From the NCBI GenBank assembly GCA_013265495.1, contig MU058584.1, forward strand, positions 6,042,407 through 6,106,406: DNA of 64,000 bases. Reading direction: 5' to 3'. This DNA comes from Vicugna vicugna (taxonomy: Eukaryota). This document shows positions 59,565 through 64,000 of the stretch, one piece after another. A program made the position numbers and the translations under genes. How positions within the stretch are numbered: position 1 is the stretch's first letter; each line of letters starts with the position of its first letter. Below the pieces are notes generated by a model. The model made no database searches. It was given only the letters and a program-made list of their open reading frames with translations, and had not been told where the DNA came from.

Positions 59565-62440
59565 CTACGGCCAAGCACTCCTGGGAGAGCAGAGTAAGGA
59601 TCTCCAAAAATTCACTCCTCCATAAGCAAATGAGAACACTGGTAAAAATTGTCAAAATCAACTTTTTCAGAACTCTGGAAATTAACTAGTTTTGCAACAA
59701 CTCAAGAAATGTTTATTTAAGAAACATGTCTGAATCTTCATAAGAACAGTGAGCTCTGTGGCATTTCAACTTGCCCTAATTCCATTTCTTCTGTGCAACT
59801 CTGTGGAAGCTTTGAAAACCAATAGCATTACAACTGTGTATCTGTGAAAAATACCATCTGTGAGAAAATTTTGTGAAAAATACTAGCCTAGCAGCAACTA
59901 AAGAAGGTAGAACAGTGTGGTGCTCCCCAAAATACCCACTCTAAGTGAACTGTCACTATTTGATCTAACAAAATGCTTGCCGAAAAGCTCCATTCCCAGG
60001 GTTTGTCTTTATCTGACCTGACTTAGAGCTTGCTCTTACAAACAGCCTTACGCTTAGGGTATTTGTTGAAAACTCCTAGTGGCTGTGTGCAGCAGCCTTG
60101 CCAACTGGAGTTAACAAGAAGCTAACCAAAACACTTGAAGAGGAAAAACTGGGAAATGAGATGTTTACAGGTTCTTTGAAAAGCTCTAACATATTCCTGG
60201 TACTCTAGAAGGCCAGGCACATGTGCAAGAATGTGTACATACTAGGGAAAGACCTGAGAAGGACCTAATCTCTCATCTCTGGCCAACTCTGAAGCAACGC
60301 GCAAGCAGGAATTGGAGGCTAAGGCTTATGAACTACATGCTGGAGCACTGAAGACATGCCCCTCACCAATACACACATACACACACACAGCCCCTCAGCA
60401 AAGTCTGGGACACTGAGTGCAAGGTATTTAAAGAAATCTCTATTAAATCATTAGCTACCATTAAACTAACTAAGCAGAGGTTTCAGTGACTGCATGGACA
60501 AAAAATACAGACTTTACAGAATTAATCGAGGAAACTCACTAAACAAACAATAAAAATAACAAGCCTGGGAGGGAGTGGGTATCTAATTTCCAGAGTTGTC
60601 ACAATATCTTTTCAACAACAACAACAAATATAAGACACACAAAGAAACAGGACCGTATATTCCATACTCAGGAAATACAGCAGTCATTAGAAACGGTCCA
60701 TGAGGAAGCTCACATGTTTAACTTATGAGACAAAGATTTTAACTCAGTTATTGTAAATATATTTAAAAATACAGGAAATCATGTCTAAACAATTAAACTA
60801 TGAGAAGGTATGAGAATGATGTCTCATCAAAGAGTATCAATAAGGAGATACAAGTTACAAAAAATGAATCAAATAGGGCGGCTGAGTGTAGCTCAGTGGT
60901 AGAGCACATGCTTAGCATGCACAAGGTCCTGGGTTCAATCCCCAGTATTTCCATTAAAAAAAGAAAAGGAAAAAAAAGAATTTGTGGAAAACCACATTGA
61001 CAAACAATCTGAATTAGGTTTGGAAATCCCCTGATATATGTAAGTTGGTAAATATAACTACTATTAAAAAAAAAAAAGAACCAATAGAAATTCTGAAGTT
61101 GCAGAGTACAATATCTGAAATGAAAAATTCATGAGAAGGTCTTAACAGCAGGTGTCAATTAGAAAAAAAATCAACAAATGTAAAGGCAGGTTAAGATTAT
61201 CCAGTACGAGGAACAGAAAGAAAAAAGAATGAAAAATAGAGCTTCAAAGATCTAAGTAACATCAATAAGCTTACTAACGTAGGAGTCCCAAGAGGATAGA
61301 GGAAGGAGCTAAATAAATATTTAACAAAATTATGGCCAAAACTTCCTAAATTAGGTGAAAAACAGTAATCTGCACTCCCAAGAAGCTCCACAAACTCCAA
61401 GATAAACTCAAAGATACCAACACCTAAACACATCATAGCCAAACCGGCAAAAGCCAAAGGCAAAGAAAATGTTGAAAGTAGCAACAGAAAAGCACCTCAA
61501 CATGTACATAGGAAACTCAGTAAGTTTCACAGATGATTTCACATCAGAAACCAGAAACATGAAGCCAGTGGGATGACATATTCAAACTGCTAAAGGAAAA
61601 AGAGTGTCAACCAAGAATTCTATATCCAGCAAAACTATCCTTCAAACAGAAGAAAAAAATCAAGTAATTCGTAGGTAAACAAAAACTTCAAGAATTTGTT
61701 GCTAGTTGACCTTTCCTGCAAGCAATATTAAAAGGATTCCATTAGGCTGAAATCAAAGAACACTAGAGAGTAACTTAAATCCATACAGTGAAGTAAAAAG
61801 CACTGATAAAGTTAACTATATGCATAAATATAGAAGACATTATGAACATATTTTTGATTATACTATTATCTTCTATCTGATTAAGAAAATACATACATCA
61901 GTAATTTTATTACTGTGCTGACAGGTTGATAATGTATACAGATGTAATTTGTGTGACTGTAATAGTACCAAAGAGTGGGGTGGGAATAGAGGTACACTGA
62001 AGCAAAGTTTTTGTACACTATTAAAATTAAGTTGGTATTAATTTAAGTTAGATTTTAAAAATTTAAGATGGTATCTGTAATCCCAGGGTAATCACTAAGA
62101 AAATAATTCAGGAGAACATAGTAAATGAACAACAGAGAATTAAAGTGGTCCACCAGAAAATATTTAACATAAAATAAGGCAGTACTGGAGGAATAGGAGA
62201 ACAAAAAAGATAAAAAAGACATACAGAAAACAAATACAAAATGTTAAATGACAATCCTACTTTAAGAGCAAATATGTTCATGGTAAATAGAATACTCCAA
62301 TCAAAAGGCAGATTATTTAAATGTATAAAAAAATGATTAAACTATATGCTTTCTACAACAGAAACACTTCAGATTCAAAGACACAAACAAGATGAAAGTA
62401 AAAGAATGGAAAAAGATGTATCAAGCAAAAAAAAAAAAAC
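59565..62440 (+). mobile_element. L1 5' portion (5' UTR, ORF1, start of ORF2), decayed
   Basis: ORF1-like gtcaaccaagaattctatatccagcaaaactatccttcaa; EN-like ctccaatcaaaaggcaga...gaatggaaaaagat. Confidence 0.85.
60877..61077 (+). mobile_element. tRNA-derived SINE (Vic-1-like) plus 3' extension, inserted into L1 ORF1
   Basis: A/B boxes, tRNA-Ala-like body to about 60953, A tail, about 85 nt extra sequence, second A run; L1 sequence resumes at 61088. Confidence 0.85.
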
Positions 62441-62494
62441 AGAAGGCAACAGATTGAGAGAAACTTTCTAAGTACATAAAAGAAAAAGGATATA

Positions 62495-62777
62495 TAGTTG
62501 ACTCTTGAACAATGAGGGTTTGAACTGTACAGGTCTGGTTATACTTGAACACAGGTTTTAATTGCCTGGATCCACTTACGTGTGTGTAAGTGTATCTGGG
62601 TAGTTCACATCCATGTTGTTCAGGGGTCAACTGAACACAACCTGTGGTTGGTTGCAACTGCTCATGTAGAACCCAAGGATATGGAGGACCAATTATGGGA
62701 CTTGAGCATCTGCAGATTGTGGTATCCTTGACATGTCCTAGAACCAATCCCCTGTGTATACCAAGGGATGACTCTCT
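62495..62777. mobile_element. Tigger-family composite (Tigger2-like MITE plus MER2-like end)
   Basis: tagttgactcttgaacaa ... ttgttcaggggtcaactg, then cttgagcatctgcagattgtggtatcc...gaaccaatcccc...ataccaagggatgact. Confidence 0.7.
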
Positions 62778-62899
62778 ATACAATACATATATATATATTC
62801 TTTTAAATTTATGTACCAACTTTTATAAATATAAAAGTGATATTCATATATAAATATATATATACATACATATATGAATACAAACTTCACAGGGTAGGA

Positions 62900-63590
62900 A
62901 TTCCAAAAGTCTAATGACATGAGAAAAAGATCATATTCATTAGAAATCAGGCAAATGTGACTTAAGGAGATACTGTTCATTACCAATAACACAATGGCAA
63001 AAATGTTTAGGTTTTACAATTTTCATATTCCATTGGTATGGAGATTCAATGGCACAACCATTTCAGAGGGCAATTCAGCAATATCCCTAAGACATTATGA
63101 CCTGTATTTCTGTATGACCTTTGTTTCTATGCACATACCCTAAAGAACCCCTTGCTTGTATATAGAATATATGAACAAAGATGTTCACTGAAGTTTCCTA
63201 CTGAAAAATGTGGAAACAACCTAATGACCATCAATAGAGGAATAGCTAAAGAATATATGTAACTTTATAAAATACAATAATTGAATGTAGTTTAAAATTA
63301 ACTACATTATATGTATCTATATACATGTACTCTCAAAATATTATCACAAAGAGAAAAAATTACCAAGTATGAAGTATGATATAGTTAATACAAAAACACA
63401 TAAGGTAATACTCTATATTTTAATACAGGAAAAAAATCCTATGTATATGTGTAAAAGTATGGAAAACATCTGGAAGAATGTACTTCAAAGTCACAACAGA
63501 TTATAGAGTAATGGTCAAAGAGGGTTTTATCTATAATATTTTACTTCTTTAAAAAATATATTAATATATGAATTGTATAATTTAAAAAAT
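62900..63590 (+). mobile_element. old L1 (L1ME-like) 3' fragment
   Basis: aaagatgttcactgaag...tggaaacaacctaatgaccatcaatagaggaatagctaaa. Confidence 0.65.
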
Positions 63591-64000
63591 ACTTAAAATG
63601 TACAAATTTCCTAACTGGAATATTGGTAACATCCTAGGGCTCTCTGGACAGATCTCTGGATATATTTTCCAAACTACAAACTATTGGTGTGCACTATACA
63701 GCTTTTATGAAAGGAGTTTCACCACAGACAAAAAGGTATTCTTTCTCATGTAACAGAAATCAGGAAATAATGGTATCTTCCATATTCTATATTTGGCAAA
63801 GATGTAATCAGAAAATATACCTTTAAAATAATTGTTTTACTGAGAAAAAAGGTTTTAAGAGCATTATATCTCCTTTTTCTTTATTATCAGCACTTCTAAT
63901 GAAAAAAAGCAAATACCTGGCATCAAATTCAATCTAAATGAAATTTAAAAGATTATTATTTTTTGTTGTGCTACTAAAAGAAAAGTAATACTGGAACTCC

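Overview
AT-rich mammalian genomic DNA lying entirely inside one minus-strand gene, KIFAP3 (kinesin-associated protein 3/KAP3, the armadillo-repeat accessory subunit of kinesin-2). Eleven internal coding exons (1380 nt, 460 codons, probably exons 6-16 in human numbering) splice into one uninterrupted frame; start and stop lie outside the window. Two introns carry minor-spliceosome (U12) signatures: a complete AT-AC intron at 54084-56311 and a GTATCCTTT donor at 2906. The rest is intronic: decayed L1, L2, MIR, MaLR/ERV LTRs, hAT and TcMar DNA transposons, microsatellites, and two tRNA-derived SINEs resembling camelid Vic-1, which suggests a camel/alpaca/llama genome. I see no convincing wholly new biological system. 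The best leads are the U12 architecture with a possible nested U2 splice pair, a SINE with an apparent 3' transduction, and repeat-poor intronic blocks that may be enhancers. Repeat family names and boundaries are recognised by eye and are approximate.
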